NCBI GenBank assembly: GCA_002633005.1 | Contig: NMRA01000565.1 | Coordinates: forward strand, 209,812-273,811 | Source: Phoronis australis | Lineage: Eukaryota; Animalia; Phoronida | DNA: 64,000 nt | Direction of reading: 5' to 3' | Shown here: positions 14,201 to 29,200 of the stretch, in pieces | How the letters are laid out: each line of letters opens with the position of its first letter | How positions within the stretch are numbered: position 1 is the stretch's first letter | The notes under the pieces: model-generated | The model's database searches: none | What the model was told of the DNA's origin: nothing | The model's input: the letters and a program-made list of their open reading frames with translations, nothing else | Translations under genes and position numbers: made by a program

Positions 14201-17200
14201 CTCTTCTTTCTGTCTGCATAATAATTGTCCAATTCTCGCTCAAAATCGTCTTTGTCTTCTGACCTGCTGTGCTCCGACACTGCAACTTTTTAATTGATTG
14301 TCAAGTGGCCAACCGTCTTCCACCCATTGCATCATTTGGCAGGAAACATAAAAATAACCAATTTTTCTTCAAAATTAAAAAATCGCGACTATTTGGAATA
14401 AAGAGTGCTTATTTAGTCATATTTAATAGTATTCGTGTCATATTAGCTAACTGAAACCTCAAAAACTAAGAAAATGCATGGTGGGAACTCTTTAAAAACA
14501 AAACAGTCTGATTAGGAATGTTGCGACACGTGTTTGAACAACCTATAAGAGTATACAGAAAGGGTTCTGTCTGCATAAAATCAGACCGGGCTACAATTTC
14601 TACGTCACAATCCAGTACCGAAATAACTCTGTCGCATCTCAAATGGTTTTACGAACCATTTCTTTTTTCATAAACTGTCACAAAATGGTAGTTGTGACAA
14701 TTGATAACTGAATTCTCCAGGCTAAAATCATTATGAAAAACTTAAATTGCACTAAGCGACATTTCACAAAAAGATAACTTTTCTCTTGTTAGGCCCCTTT
14801 AACACAAAACTATGCTTTAGCATACATCAAACTGGGCAGTATTTGCTTTGGACATGGTAACCGAAAAAATTATATTCTAAGTCACAAACAACTCCGACAA
14901 GGACATGATTGGTTCAAGATATAGTTAACATGCACAATATTCAGAGAAGATGGATCAAGCGAACTTAAAATCAGTTTCCAAAAATCTCAAGGGGATTAAC
15001 CAGTTGAAACCTAAACATTGACAAATGTTCCATCCCGTTGTATCCAAGGTACACATGTAATAAGTCCAGTCGCCGCTAAGATGGTCGTATCTTTAATTGG
15101 TGTTGACGAACAATTCATAGGGGTGGTTTATGAAGGTTTTCAACTTGAATGTGAGTTATGATAACGTTACTTTAGTAACAATATTCCATTTTTACAAAAA
15201 CACGGTGTTGCTTTCGCAATAACATTACTGCAGCCGTCTTAAAAGCGACATCACTTACAAGCTTTGATAAAACTGACTTCAGGTGCACTGAATGTGACAG
15301 TCGCGACCAGTTGTGCAGCGGAAGCCGTTAAAAGATTAATTGAATACAGAAAATTACTTTTCGAACATTTTTTGAATTGCTACTATATCCTTCTCAACAC
15401 TGCGAGTAACAGATAGTAAGCATACTTAGACCTTACCAGGAGTTGGGAGGTGTGTGCCCACAGCAGGTCTTTGTATAATAGGTTTTGCTGCAATCATGAA
15501 TATAGATATCCATACAATATTGACGTGATAGGTCAAGACTTAAACGATTGCCTGCAAAGGTAACAAAATGTTTGCTTTTGTAACGAGCACGCGCCTTAAA
15601 ACAATTTCCAAGCAATCATAATCAAAACGACCAATTAGTTATTCCTCATCTCCAAATTGGCCATGTCATAATAAAGTATCTGACGTCAGCGTTAGTCAAG
15701 AACTTCACACGTGACAACATTCAACTTCTGAGGGTTGTCAGTGACAACTTCACCAGAACACCCACCTGTAGCCCTTATTGTGACGTGTTTGGATGCTGTG
15801 AACGTTACACCCCGTATCGTGTTGGTCGCAAAACACACGTAGACAGATTCATTGACTGCGGTGGAGAGGACAGCACTAATGACGCTACCTCTTGAGTCAA
15901 TCTGGCGCCAACTGTACAGGTGAGGCGCGGGAATGGGCGGAGACGACGGGTTGACACCACAAGTTAAACTGACTTGATCATTGATGTAGTAGTCAAATGG
16001 TGAAGTACACTGAGTGGTGGACGTCTTGCACACTTGAATATTGGCATCGGATACAGGCACAGGTGCTGGTTGAAGAAGGAAACGTAGAAGAAACCACGAC
16101 AAAATCTAATCAACGTTCATAAACCGTGAAAGACTACGGTTTGTGGCTAACAGTGTTGGCTATTTTCAGGAATTTTAAAGATTACTGGAAAAATTATTAT
16201 CCAGTTTAATATTGAGTTATCTTTTAAACGAACATGGACGCCACATTAAACAAAAAAACATGTCATAGTACTACATAAAGACAGCCTCCAGCGGCTAAAA
16301 CACCTTTTGACACCAGAAATGCAAGTATTGTTCATAAAAATGTTTTTGCTTCTTACATACCACAGAATGTTATTTGCGACGCAAATTACATCGCTCATAA
16401 TTTGTAGTCCCTTCGAGCGCCCCAGAAAAAAATATCAACCAATCAGCGTAAAATGGTTCATATGACATCATCGTGGCGACGAAATTACTCTTAAGCCACA
16501 CTACGTAACATCTGAGTGTCATTTCTTGGACGTTCTGTAGTTGTCGATCTCTGGGGTAAAATGCCGCGTTGTGTGGTGTATGGGTGTAGCAATGTCAGCG
16601 GCAATGGCATACATATGCACAACTTTCCCACCGATCCCATCGTGTGCGGTGCGTGGAATAGATTCGTGTCCGCAACAATTAAGGAAGGACTGGCGACAGA
16701 ATTTCCGATCAGCAAGATCTGTTATAGACCATAGGCGTCCTCAGCTTCTGATCGTTTCCAATGCACTAAATATATACTAAAAGTTATGACAGTCGGGACA
16801 AGGAATTCCACGGGTGTTTCACTTCAGCCGTTCATATCAAACACAGAACTCAATAAATTTACACAAAACAGGGGTCCAGCAAACCATGAGCATTCGTTTT
16901 CTCTTCGGATAGCATTCACAGTGTCCTGTTTCAGCGAGTTTGCATCAAATTCGTGGTCAAAGCACACAATTCTTCCCAAAAAGCCGCTGGGAAATGTCAG
17001 TGTGCCAAACGCGAGTCCGTAGGCCAACGGAATTATTCGATGAGTTACGGATGGACGGCAATTGCCGGTTTATCACGGAAGGTTACGAATAAGCGTAGAA
17101 ATTGTGACAGTACGCAGCGGCTTTTTGGGAAGATTTTTGCGCTTTGTCCGCGAATTTGTTGCGAACCCGCTGGAGCAGGACACCGTAAATGCCNAACCGA

Positions 17201-20200
17201 CATAGGTGTGGGGCCGGGGACAATCGAGAAATGAAAGACTAAGTAATACGAATAAGAGGGAAAATTCAAGAGCATATTTAACAACTCTGTATCAGTGCAT
17301 GATTTACTTTTTGAGGACCCTGGCCAGGGCATTGTTGTTAGGGTCTCCACTTTTGCAGCACTGGTCATCTAAACGCACTTGAAAACATGCACTAGTCATT
17401 CATACATATATTTCAAAAAATCGAGAAAATTTGTAAAGCGAGGCTTTTGCGGAGCCTAGTAATTCAATTTTGCGAAAGCAATACTATATTTCCCCAGAGG
17501 CCACTCTCTGGCAACGGATAACACAGACAACTTTCGCTTTAGGTTTTTTCACGAAATTGCATATCAATTGAGAAAAATTGATGACCTGACAGATAACACG
17601 AATTGCTGCGCATTTCTTAATTTTTTTGAAAATATATACATTTTCATATTTTGGAGCTCCGCCCTTAGTGAAGTAGGCCATTGATGACAATGAACTGGCC
17701 GCCTTTTTGTGTTTTTATTGAAAAAATTCTTAAGGGGCCGCTCACGGAAAGAGGGCACAGTGTTGGAATCGATTACCTCTATTTTCCTGTTTGTTTGTGA
17801 AATCTTGCAACCAGCTTTCATGTTGAAAAAGGTCACGTAATGCACCGTCTTGTGACCACAAGGCGGTAGAATGAACTGTCACTCTTTTCCAAGCTTAATG
17901 ATGTTTGGCCTTTCATCCTAACGTGTCCCATTTCAGACAGGACCCACTCTCGGCGGAGCAGTTCGGAGGAATATCCCTTTGTCCCTCAAAACATCTAAAT
18001 CCGACACTGCCAAGTGTTCACGAGGAAGTTGACATTCCAAATTCATCAATATACACAAAAGTCACAGCATTATCAACTGAAGAAATTGGACCCAAACAAC
18101 CAAAAATGTGAAAAAATGGAACTTAATTAAATGACCGCCATCGAAAGGGTGGAATATTTTGAAGAACATGAAGCCCACTACTTCTGAATTACAGAAAAGG
18201 ACTATTTCCGATGGTTATTTATGTAATAATGTTATTGTTTCCCATAGTATCACACGAATAGTATCTCTTTTGAACATGGTTACTATGAGTTGTTTGTAAG
18301 GAATTCCCACATGTGGACAACGCTGCTGTCTAGGCTACCATTTGTGATGACCGTGTACATGTCAAAAGGGGGTACTCAAAGAACTCTCGCAATCATAAAC
18401 AAAGATTTCAGTGCTTTTCAGTAAGAGGAGTTCATGTTTACTTCGTGTACCATTATAGGTACCTCTGAAATGAGCAAAAATACACCCTAATAGGAATGCC
18501 TCATCTCCCACGTTCCCCCGGTTACCCCTGAAAAAAAGCTGCAAGCTTGTCTGCGGAAATTGCCTATAACATTCAGTTTTCATAAACAAATTCGTTGATT
18601 CCTGATTTACTTGTTTATGTATCTATGAAAATCGACAGATTCATAGATGATCCTTGAGAATTAGAAGCTAAGCTTGTAAAAAATGATGATGTTTCAGTGA
18701 AATTAATTGCACCCAGCAGTTGGAAAAACTCTATAATCCGATCCTAAAATTACTGTCACAGATATTGATGAAGTTCGGAAAAACAAGTTCTAAAAGTCTT
18801 AAAATAATTAAAATTAAACTTATTGCTTGAAAAGGTTGTCTTTGCACTTCCTTGGTGTTTTTAGTTTTCAGTAGTATTGCGCAATGAATTTTGTTCTTTA
18901 AAACTTAATTTTTGCTTGCCCTGATTCCCGTATGACTGCCACACCCACGTTACAAATAAGATGTAGCCATGCAGTAGGCCCGCGCACAATCTCAGTAATC
19001 CACGGGAACTGAACTCCAGACGTTGAAGCGAGTACTTTGGGACACAGTGTGTATCATTTTCCTTACAAACCAGAAACTGGACTGCCAGCATAGTTCTAGC
19101 GAGGAATTTTGAAACAGTCCCTAAGGCACTATGTACCAGGGACCTCGGGACCTCACCTTTTCAAAAAACTCCTTCAAAGAAAGACCATAATGAAATAAAG
19201 TTTTCCCGAAACTGGATCACAATAAAGCGAATCTTGACCTAGGAGCCAGCACAGACGGGTATGTACTGTACGAGCTAAGCTGCCTGTCTCAAGCTGACCA
19301 GCAACTAAGCAACTGTTAGACCTCAGCTACCAGGGGCGGATCCAGGATTTTGAGTTACGGGGGGCAGGGCAGAATACTAGCCAGGATTTTGCTCGTCAGA
19401 CATTCGCAACCCCGTACTGACAAAACGAATCTAGGCGAATTTTAGGGGGGCCATGGCCCCCTTGCCCTCCCTTAAATCCACCACTGGCTTCAGTTACTTG
19501 TGGCAGCTCCTCGCTACCCGTCAGTGCACTGGTCCTAGGCCCATTCTTACTCTTCGTGTTAGTTCACGGTTACTCAACTCTTGATGGCTCCATCCCCGGG
19601 ACTGTCCACCGCATAGGGTGGACGTAGGAGATCCGGTACAAATGTGGTGGCATCGGGAGCACGGGGGGGGGGGGNCCCCCCAATAATTTTTGGCTTTCTA
19701 CGGGCCTGTGTAGTGTATTGGATTGGAGACTAAATTAAACGACCAGCCATCGCTGCTACCAATACAATGGAGACACGGTGAAAGTCAAATTTGTTGTAAC
19801 TATGATGTCATACACTTCGATTGCTGCTTACGCCATCTCAAGTTTTTTTTTTGGCGCTAAAAGATAGTTGAGTCAAAAAATGGCCCCCGTGCACCGACTG
19901 GACTTCAACTTTTAAGTTGCGTTTTGCAAAGAAAAATATGTGTGAAAACCAAAAAAGATGTTAACAAGCCGAAAAAGTGACCCACGTGCGTTTTTATGCA
20001 AATTAGTGCCGCCATTACCGATTTTTCGTTATTTGATTATATCTCACTTCCTTGTTGTTGTAAATGAACAAATCAAGTGTCAAAATCGATATTTTCAGGG
20101 TCAAGCATTACGATGGAATAATTTTCTTCATAATCTATTACATATAATTTGTATTATACGGTTGTTAACGATCAATACTACACTGAAAGTGTACATAAGA

Positions 20201-23200
20201 CAATATAAACACTGAATGCGCAACTTTCAGTGTTTATACAATCAGCTCTTAAATGAGCCACATTTCAACAAATGCTTTAAATATGTCATGGAAAAAAACG
20301 CGGGGAAATAGCTGCAGAAATATGGACAATCATTAGGTGTTGATGTCAGTGATTACATGTTCTAACACTCCATGTCACTTTCATTGCTTTCCGTGAAACT
20401 TCCATACTACTCTCCACTTTCTTCTTCTGTGTCCACTTCACAAACATGGGTGAGCAAGAAATCAATCAGCAAGTTTGGTAAGATAGGACAAAACGACCAC
20501 ACAGGTTGTAACACTCTTTCATCAGTCCGCATCCACCCCTGTCCTTCGTCAAAAGGTTTTGGCTTCTCATTTATGGGTTCGCAAGCACGCTTGTACAAGG
20601 TGATACGGTGATTTACTCGTTGGATGTGAAGTTTCTGTTCAGACTGGCACGAGGGAAGTCAAGCAAGGTCATTCCATGAGTTGTGAGGAATTCATCTTCA
20701 CCAACCCTTTGACGTAGCATCTTGGCACGGGTAGCATCTATCGATGACTCACGACTCTGACCGTACATGAGGCAGTAAAATTCTTTCAACTTACCTCTCA
20801 ATCAACATCAAGGTGCCTGAATGCACGTTGGAGTTTTGGATTCATTTCTAGCTTTTTAAAGGGGCCAACCTTTCCTTTAAGTTTAAACGTACTGGTGCAA
20901 TCCTCTCCAGTGTATTCATAAAATCCAAGTAGAGCTTCACAGTAGTATTTTCCCAAGGATTTTCTAGGTCGGAGAAATTCAGTAGTCGCCCCAGAACCTA
21001 GATATAAAGTCAACTTTATAGCATGCCAGCAGCAAAATGACAGACCTCGTTTCTGTACCCAAGTGAGGCAGCGTGCTGGAGGTACAAAACAATTCTTAAG
21101 TCAGGTTCTTATTGGTTACTGTAGATATGTAGGATCACCTGAGTATGAACCGGAAACATCAAATCACTTTTATTATTAATTGATGACATCGCAAATTAGT
21201 AAAGTAAGAAATAATCAGAAAGTCCTGTCCAGAAAAAGATTATAGACTTCATCGCCATCTGATGCCCTTCTACAATCAGGGTGGCCATCTCGGTTTTCTT
21301 CTACCTGGAAACGGCCTTCTCACTACTCCAGGCTTGCAGTAACAGTTGGCAGAGTTGCTTTTTGTTGTCATCGTTTGCAAGAAAAGTTTTGAAGTCATAC
21401 GGCTTATGTGTAGCTGGTCCACCCAAAATTGTTTTCTCTGAACTGCCACGTCACAACCGTTCCTGGGCTTTGATAGATTCAGGGTAGTAGCTGTCAGTTG
21501 AGAACAAGAAGTACTTCTTCGACACCGTTTGGTCAAGTACTTGTAAACAGACATTACCACATGTTGGAGGAGATTAGCTAACGTGTGGAAAAGAGCAAAA
21601 CCATCTTGGATGAACAGAACATCCTCAGGACAATGAAAGTCTTCTGGCACAATGTCCTTCAGAAGATAATGCGAAATGGAGGCGTTGTTGGCCTTGGAAA
21701 ATATAACTGGTTTTCCAAGACTAGGGGGCATGGGTATCAAAAATTACTTCATGAGTTCTAGCATGTTCAATAGCTCACCCAGTGTCTGGGATTTAACAGA
21801 TTGTTCTAAAACCCCTTTGGTTCCCACCACTCCCTCGACCCACAACCCCCACGACCCACAACCCCCACGACCCACAGCCCACGACCCACATCCTCCACGA
21901 CCCACAACCCCCAACCTGTGGTAATAGATGCATCTGCGCTTTTTATACATTTCATAATCGTATTACGTCTCGGAGTGACTATCGTGACTATCCCTCAGGA
22001 CTTACCTACACGAAAATCTGATCTAGCTCACGTCTGGTGGTTAAAACAGAAAGTGACGTAAGGACATGATGTGATATAGCCCATTGTGAGCGTGCTATTG
22101 TTGCCATGGAAACAGTTCCACGACTAGCTACCAATGGCCTTGTTCTACTAAACTTCCATTTTCCTTTAATTTGTACCCTTAGTACCCCTGCAAAATTATG
22201 TGAGAAAGTTACTGGTGAACCTTATACTGCATTGCAAAAACGACTAAAATATAGATGGCATAATGAGAAATCTGGTGTATTTTTAGAAAAATTACGAAGC
22301 CAGGAAGGAAACGATAAGTGTCGAGAAATTATGAGCTGTGTTGATATCGACATCAATGGGAGTGTTTTAACAAAGGCTTAGTAGACTTGCTCCAGTCATG
22401 TGGAGCGGGCATGCTCATGAGGCAAGACAGGCGTGTAAGTAAACCACGTAGACCTGCATGGTTTGACAGTGAGTGTAAAGAGATGAAACTATACAAAAGA
22501 AGCGTCTACTGCGAAAATTTAGGGTGTCTCGGAGTGACTTAGACCTGAGAAATTATCTTGCTAGTAGAAATGAGTACACAAAGTTATATAAAAAGACGAA
22601 AAAGTGATACTATACCGATAAACAAAGTGAGCTTTGTGAGTCAGTGGGCAATCCTAATAGATTTTGGAATATTATAAAACAAAGCTTGTCAGAGCCAGTA
22701 CACACTACAAAGCCTGATAATAATATTACTGAATTGGAATGGTTTAGATGTTTCAGTACCCTGTTTAATATTAACAGAACAGAAGGTCGCAGTGAAACTT
22801 TTGATGACCTAGTTAGACAGACTCTTGATGAGCATAACGTACCGTGTGAGCGTTGTAGGCACCCACAGAGTGAACGTGATGTAACCAGTGGCTTTGACAT
22901 GTATGAACTAAATGCCTGTATTAGCGCAGATGAAATAGTAGATGGCATACCGGCTGAATTCTATAAGTGCTTCCCTGAGGCCCTAGTAGAACTTCTCCAC
23001 AAACTTTTTAATAGAATGTTCAATACCGGGCATTATCCATCCCAATGGTCAAAAAGTATAAGTGTGCCGTGTTACAAGAAGGGAGACAAATTTAATCCAA
23101 ATAATTACATAGGATCTCCGTTATACAAAGTAATAATAAAAAATTTACAACTATTCTTTATTCTCGTATAACTGAATGGTCGAATAACACGAAATGTATC

Positions 23201-26200
23201 CCGGAAGAACAAACAGGCTTTAGGACTGGGTACTCTACAATCGATAGCATTTTTAACCTACAGCGTATCATCCAGAAACATGGCAGTAAACGGAAGGGGA
23301 AAGTATACTGTGCATTCGTTGATTTTAGTAAGGCATTTGATAGTGTAGATACTTCCCGTTTATTTTATGCCCTTTTAACCAAAGGTTTGCATGGAAATAT
23401 ATTTAACATTTTACGCAGTATGTACGACTCTATACAATCGTGTGTTATGGTAGTCTCAGACCACACCCTATTTCAACTGTACAGTTGGTGTCCGGCAAGG
23501 ATGTGTTTTAAGTCCGTGGCTGTTCTCGGTGTTTGTTAGTACACTAGTGTCTGATATTAGAGGAAATGTAGGCAGATGTATACGTGTCTCTCCGGGTTGT
23601 GATATAGGTTCTCTGTTTTTGCTGATGATTTAGTGCTGTTGTCGAATACTGTTGCTGGGCTACAGATGAAGCTCAATGTCCTCGAAAAGTTTTGTCGAGA
23701 CTGGAACTTGCAATTTAATTTGGAGAAAACGAATGTTGTGGTATTTAAGCGAGGGGGCATACTTTCAAGTAATGAAAGGTGGGTTTTTGGAGATAAGAAA
23801 GTAGATACCAAATCGTACTACAAGTACCTAGGAGTCACATTCTCCTGCAGACTTAAAGGAGAATGCCACCCAAAAAACAACCTATTTTGTATCAGTTTAG
23901 ATCGAGTACTTCTACTCGATAACGGCAGGTTCGGTTGCGTTACCTGACACCTGACGGAAGACGGAGGTGTTGAAATTATCCAATGACGTCATTGGTTTCA
24001 CACACAGGCTATTCAGCAGTTCACAACACGGGTTACTGGTTTCAGCTTATCACTTGAATTGATCGTTTAACACCGATAAATCATCAAAATTCGATGTAAA
24101 AACCCTTAAAAACACACAGAGTTCTTATAAAAACGTGTTGTTTTATTTCGCTGTTACGGATTTATTGGTATTTGGACACATCGTAGCCTTCAAAATTCGA
24201 CAGGAGTTTGGGGTCTTTTCGGAGATAAATTCAAAGTATTCTTACGTGAAATACAGATAGGAGAATCTAGATCTGTCTTGTTTATACTTGTGATTTTTTG
24301 AGTTCTAAACACACAAAACTCTTGTTATCCCGGACAGTGGCTCGGAACCCGATCAGGCCCGTCGCAGCCGGACTGACTCGCTATCCCGGCAAGTGGCTCG
24401 GAACCTGATCTGGCTCGTCGTGGCCGCCGGGACTGTCACGAACATAAACCAGCTTGAACTAAACCTCCAGTCACGAAAAGACTGTAATAGTGAGCCAAAG
24501 AAATAGTGTGCACGTAATTATTTATGTGAATTGGCCACGAAACTGCAAATCTACTTACTTCTCGGGAACCGAGAAATCGGCCCCTTCCACAGACTGTCAG
24601 GGCAAAGGTTGTACAGTAACAATGATTTGAATAAAGTATTTGTATTCTAGATTCCCCTAACATGTGACAATAGCATATAAAATCGAGTAATTGTTCCACA
24701 ACAGCTTTTTAGTGTCAGCAAACACTGAATTAGCATGCGCTCACACGGCCTCGGGGCCCGGTCATTTACCTTTGTTGCCGGTAACCCAGTGGTTTATTCA
24801 TTGCTGGCTTTTCAAAACATTTGCAGTCACGAGCACTCCAAGGCATTACAAATTGTATCTAATGAGACAGACTTTGTTTCAGTTTCATATAAGCATCGGT
24901 TAGGATCATTATAGGGTGAGAATAATTCATTTTGAAACAGAACGCAGAATAATAAACGTCTACATGGCAACTCGCCCGGCGCCAATCCCGACTTAGTCAA
25001 GAGCTCATCCGACGAAGACTTCACGGGTCGGATCGTTCGGTTTCAAACGCTATCAGTTCTAACCGGAATACACAGATCAAGAAATACTAGAGAGGCGCCG
25101 TGAACATGCATAAGCAACGGAACGTATGGATAGTTCTTTGGTAAGCCGGAATTCGTCATAGAGATCACTGTCGACGAAATGCCGGTCACAGACACGGAGA
25201 TGTTTCACAGCCTCACACTTGCTATTAACAGCATACCTTACATTCTTCACTACCGCAAGCCGCTTCCTAAGCATTTCGGGCTCTCGAGGAAGTCGAAAAA
25301 ACGATATACCCGCTTTCTTCGCAGCTTCATAGTTCAGACAAGCGGGAACCGATACACCGCAATATAGCGGCATTTCCCCTGCAGACGAACCACTGACGTC
25401 GCTGAGTCGTTTCTCACCTTCCTTACAGGTTAACGCGACACCTCTCGGCAAGGTGAGGTCGACCGTATAAGAGGCGATGTGGATAGAGACCGATTGAAAC
25501 GGTAAAAAAGGTGTAATTAAATCGGGTGGCATTCTGCTTTAAATGGACAGAGTGTTGTGGACTACTTGCAAGTCAAGCTCGAAAAGCAATGAACGTTATT
25601 AAAGTCACTCTTTGAAATATTAACTATATTTCCCATGGAGTGCATTTTAAACTATTTGACTCTATGACAATGCCCATATTAACATATGGTGCAGAAATAT
25701 GGGAAACGTAAATATGTGAATCTATTGAAAAAGTTCATAATGATTTCTGTAAATATGTTCTGAGACTGAGCATTAAAACGCCAAATGCTATGGCTCGTGG
25801 TGAATGTGGGAGACAATTGTTAATTACAAAATATATGTGTAAACCAATTATCTATTGGACAAAATTACTGGATATGGAAGAACATAGGTACCCACTGAAG
25901 TGTTGTAGTATGCTTTGGGAACAAAGTGAAAATGGTAATTGTAACTGGGCACATCGTGTCAAAGAAATTTTGTATAGGTACGGCTATGGAGAAGTGTGGT
26001 TATTTGGCCCAGGCAATAGTGCTGGGTTTATTATGGTATTCAAACAGAGATTACTGGATTGTGGCGTACAGGATTGGCAACTGGAAATAGGTAGCTCAAA
26101 TAAATATGAATTTTATGGTTTTATTAAACTTGATCTTGTCAGCGAGCAATATGTGAATTGTTTAAGCGCCTATTTGAGAAAAATACTTACGCAATCTCGG

Positions 26201-29200
26201 TGTTCAGGTCACTCACTTAATATAGAGAAAGGGAGACATATGGGTATTACTAGGAGTGAGAGAATATGCGGCATATGCTGTCTGGGTGAAATTGAAGATG
26301 AACCTCATTTTATGTGTCAATGCCCTGTTCTTGGAGACATTAGAAGAAATCTTCTTCCAGAGCTTGTCAATATACTACGTGAAACGTTGCGATACTTTTT
26401 GGTTAACAGTTTGTTTTTCAAAATGTATTTACTGAAGAAATTATAATTTCGTGGGTTCCTCACACTCTCCCAAAAAACTTGAATCTGCCATAAACTGAAG
26501 AGCAGAAGATACGATTACACTCTGTGGGGAACGACATTTGTAACGTTGGCTGGTCTTTGATTTGATTTGGTCGCGTTTTTCTGTTTTTTTAAAATTGCCA
26601 AATCGACTTTCTTAATTGCAAAAAACAGAGAAAAGCCAGCCGAGCTCACGCCAGACTAGATGGTCCTGTTAGTCAGCGCTTGTTCTATGTTCAGATCGAA
26701 TCGAGTTTGTTTAAACTGGAGGAGGTCGTGGGTCGTGGGGGTCGTCAGTGGCGTGCGGGTCGAGGGTGTTTTAGAACAATTCGGATTTAACAAGGAGCGT
26801 GAATCTGGGACAGTTCTCGGCTTGATAATGGACAACCTACAACAAAACGATATACCGCACACGCTTGTGGAGAAATGAAATGAAAATTTGAATGAAAAGA
26901 CGTCACTTAATACGTTAATGCATATTAGCTCAGCTATTATTACCTTTCCTTGTGAAGGTGGTTGCCAGCTTTGGTTTCAGTTTTGCTCCAGAAAGTGCAC
27001 TCGTGGGAAAACGAGCACGATGGTGCACGATATTGATAGTTTATGGGGCGAATAGTGCACTTGGGAGCTTCGTGCCTCTGGGCCTTCACTGTCCCTCAAG
27101 CGGTGAAATTTGGCAGTGAAATGTTAATAGTTTTGTCGGTGATAACCCATTTTCCAATTCAATTGGAAGAACAGAAGGAATCTGATCATACACGGACTGC
27201 ATACAATGAGGAGGATCATATAGCTGTTGGAGAGCTGACGTTTTTCCCGAATTTCATGAAGCTGCTGACATTTGCTTAAGATTGAAAAGTCGCCATGTTC
27301 ATTTATACATGTAGAGTCTAAATGGAGAATAGTTATGGGTACAGAGTGTTCTTTGATGATGTCAGTTGATAAGCATCGACCTCATTGTTTTCTTATAGGG
27401 ATGATTTTTGCATTTTCTTGGATAGCTGCCTTAATTTCGAATGCTATCCAAATTTCCATGTCCCCAGCATTGGATTCGCACTGATTAACATACATGTCAA
27501 CAGCCCATTGGTATATTTTGATGTTAGTTTTTATTCAAGGTGTGTTTTACTTCTAAAGCTTTGGACTGCAATGTCACAGTTTGTTTTCATGGATGGGTTA
27601 ACATCAGTCCTGAATTTGGACAGAAATAGAAGATTTTCATGCCTCACCCAGTACTCCTGCTCCATGTGTTGAGTGTTTTATACCTGTAACATGTATAAAA
27701 TTGCTTGCATCATTTACTTGTAGTTCTAATGTAATGTTTGACCCACCAAATATATGTCCAGAAACTTAGTTCTTTCAGTTATGTGAAATAGTTGGCGACA
27801 TATTGTAAAGTAACACAAAATCGGTAATGTCGGCATTAATTTGCATAAAAACATACGTGGGACATTCTTTTGGCTTGTTGACATCATTTTTCCGTTTCCA
27901 CACATATTTTCTTTCATAAAAAATCAACTTAGAAATTGAAGTCCGGGGGGGGTGCACGTGGGCCATTTTTCGACTAGACTAAGAGGTTCGTGATGAGGCT
28001 ACTGTATTGTCAAAGGCCTACTTGATTAACGACTTGGATATGCTATGACAACGTATGTTGATGTTTTTCATCAATACGCGTATTTTAGATATAAAATAGT
28101 CATTTTGTCCACCATACTAAGCATGTAATATTTGACTTGCAAAATGACGCTCTTATACGTGGACACATGTCTATATAAAAACCAGTAGATTTTCGAAAAT
28201 CAGTGTTTGCGTCAAAATTAACTTCATTTTTGTACATAGATAGGTATCCTAACAAAAAAATTAAATGCCACATTTTGTGCACTCAATGGCCCCTAATTCT
28301 TGGAGCACTAGACCGCAATTGGTCATATTAGCCGTCCCCAAAATTGTATGTTTTAGCAACGAAAATAAGTAAGTTGTAAAATACATGTAGTTTGAAAGTT
28401 GTTTTCTGGATGTATTAGGCGATCAGCATCAAAACTGAACCCGATGACCTTTGTCCAGTGAGTGAGTTGACATTAGGTTTGGGGATATATCGAATACCTG
28501 TACATGTAAACCTCTTCTATTATCATTTATTTGACAATTGCAGGTCAATGAAATGGAAATCAATCTCTTTGAAGTTTGAATTTGAAGTAATTGTTGTTTG
28601 AGGCTTTTATGTTCTTAAAGACAAAATGAAGAACGAAGGCCATTTCTGTTCGTTTAGAGAGTTTTCATCAAACATGTGCCATCACAAAGGCTTTGTGGCT
28701 TCAGTCAATCATGCTAAATACACTTCAGAACATCTGAGATGCTGTAAAGTACCGCATAAACAAAGGCCAGCGGCAGAGTACGAGCTCGTACTAGCCAGGA
28801 TCGGTAAGTTTTGTGACTGAGCAGGAGCAATGGTGGAGTCAAACTTGAACATATCCATGAAAATCTGTCACAGTTTGCTAAAGTTTCTCTCACCAGGTGC
28901 CATTTTGGGGAAGTTACGTGAAATCATGCCTGCTGACCAACAAAAAATCCAAGGGACAAAAATCTTACAAATTTCACCTCATACATGTATCTTCCCTACA
29001 CTCCTTTCGTAGTACTATGCAATGTTGTTTATCATGGCTTCTCATTGATTTAAGTAATGAAACCGACGTCATAACATTCAGTCATTCCATTGGTTGAAAT
29101 CTGGGAGACCCCTTTCAGTTCACTCTTATGTAGTATGGAGATCATCTTTGACTTGAATAGTTGCTGTTTATTAAAACGGGCAGTGATCGAAGTGAACAAA

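Larger units (their letters stand above)
21799..26782. mobile_element. Non-autonomous MULE-like element inserted in the Academ ORF
   Basis: TIRs gattgttctaaaaccc / gggtgttttagaacaattc with subterminal ccccacgacccacaa repeats; perfect 10-bp TSD ggatttaaca (21789-21798, 26783-26792); the Academ frame rejoins across it. Confidence 0.7.
19865..27981 (-). mobile_element. Academ-like DNA transposon, degenerate, hosting nested insertions
   Basis: ~250-bp diverged TIRs starting TAGT (19865-~20110 and ~27740-27981), AGA 3-bp TSD; minus-strand transposase remnants (ALLGFYEYTGEDCTSTFKLKGKVGPFKKL; LLVKSQ..LLNMLELM..IPMPPSLG). Confidence 0.7.

Noticed and set aside
15437-15551. Longer Cys-rich exon (GNRLSLDLSRQYC...CCGH) suggested by ORF 15433-15615
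   Set aside because: It ends in phase 2, incompatible with the TM exon, and is interrupted by a MITE and a stop in copy B; the 51-nt exon fits both copies.
28285-29020. Possible transposase N-terminus (HLRCCKV..EYELVLARIG)
   Set aside because: Too short and degenerate to assign to a family, and no paired ends were found.
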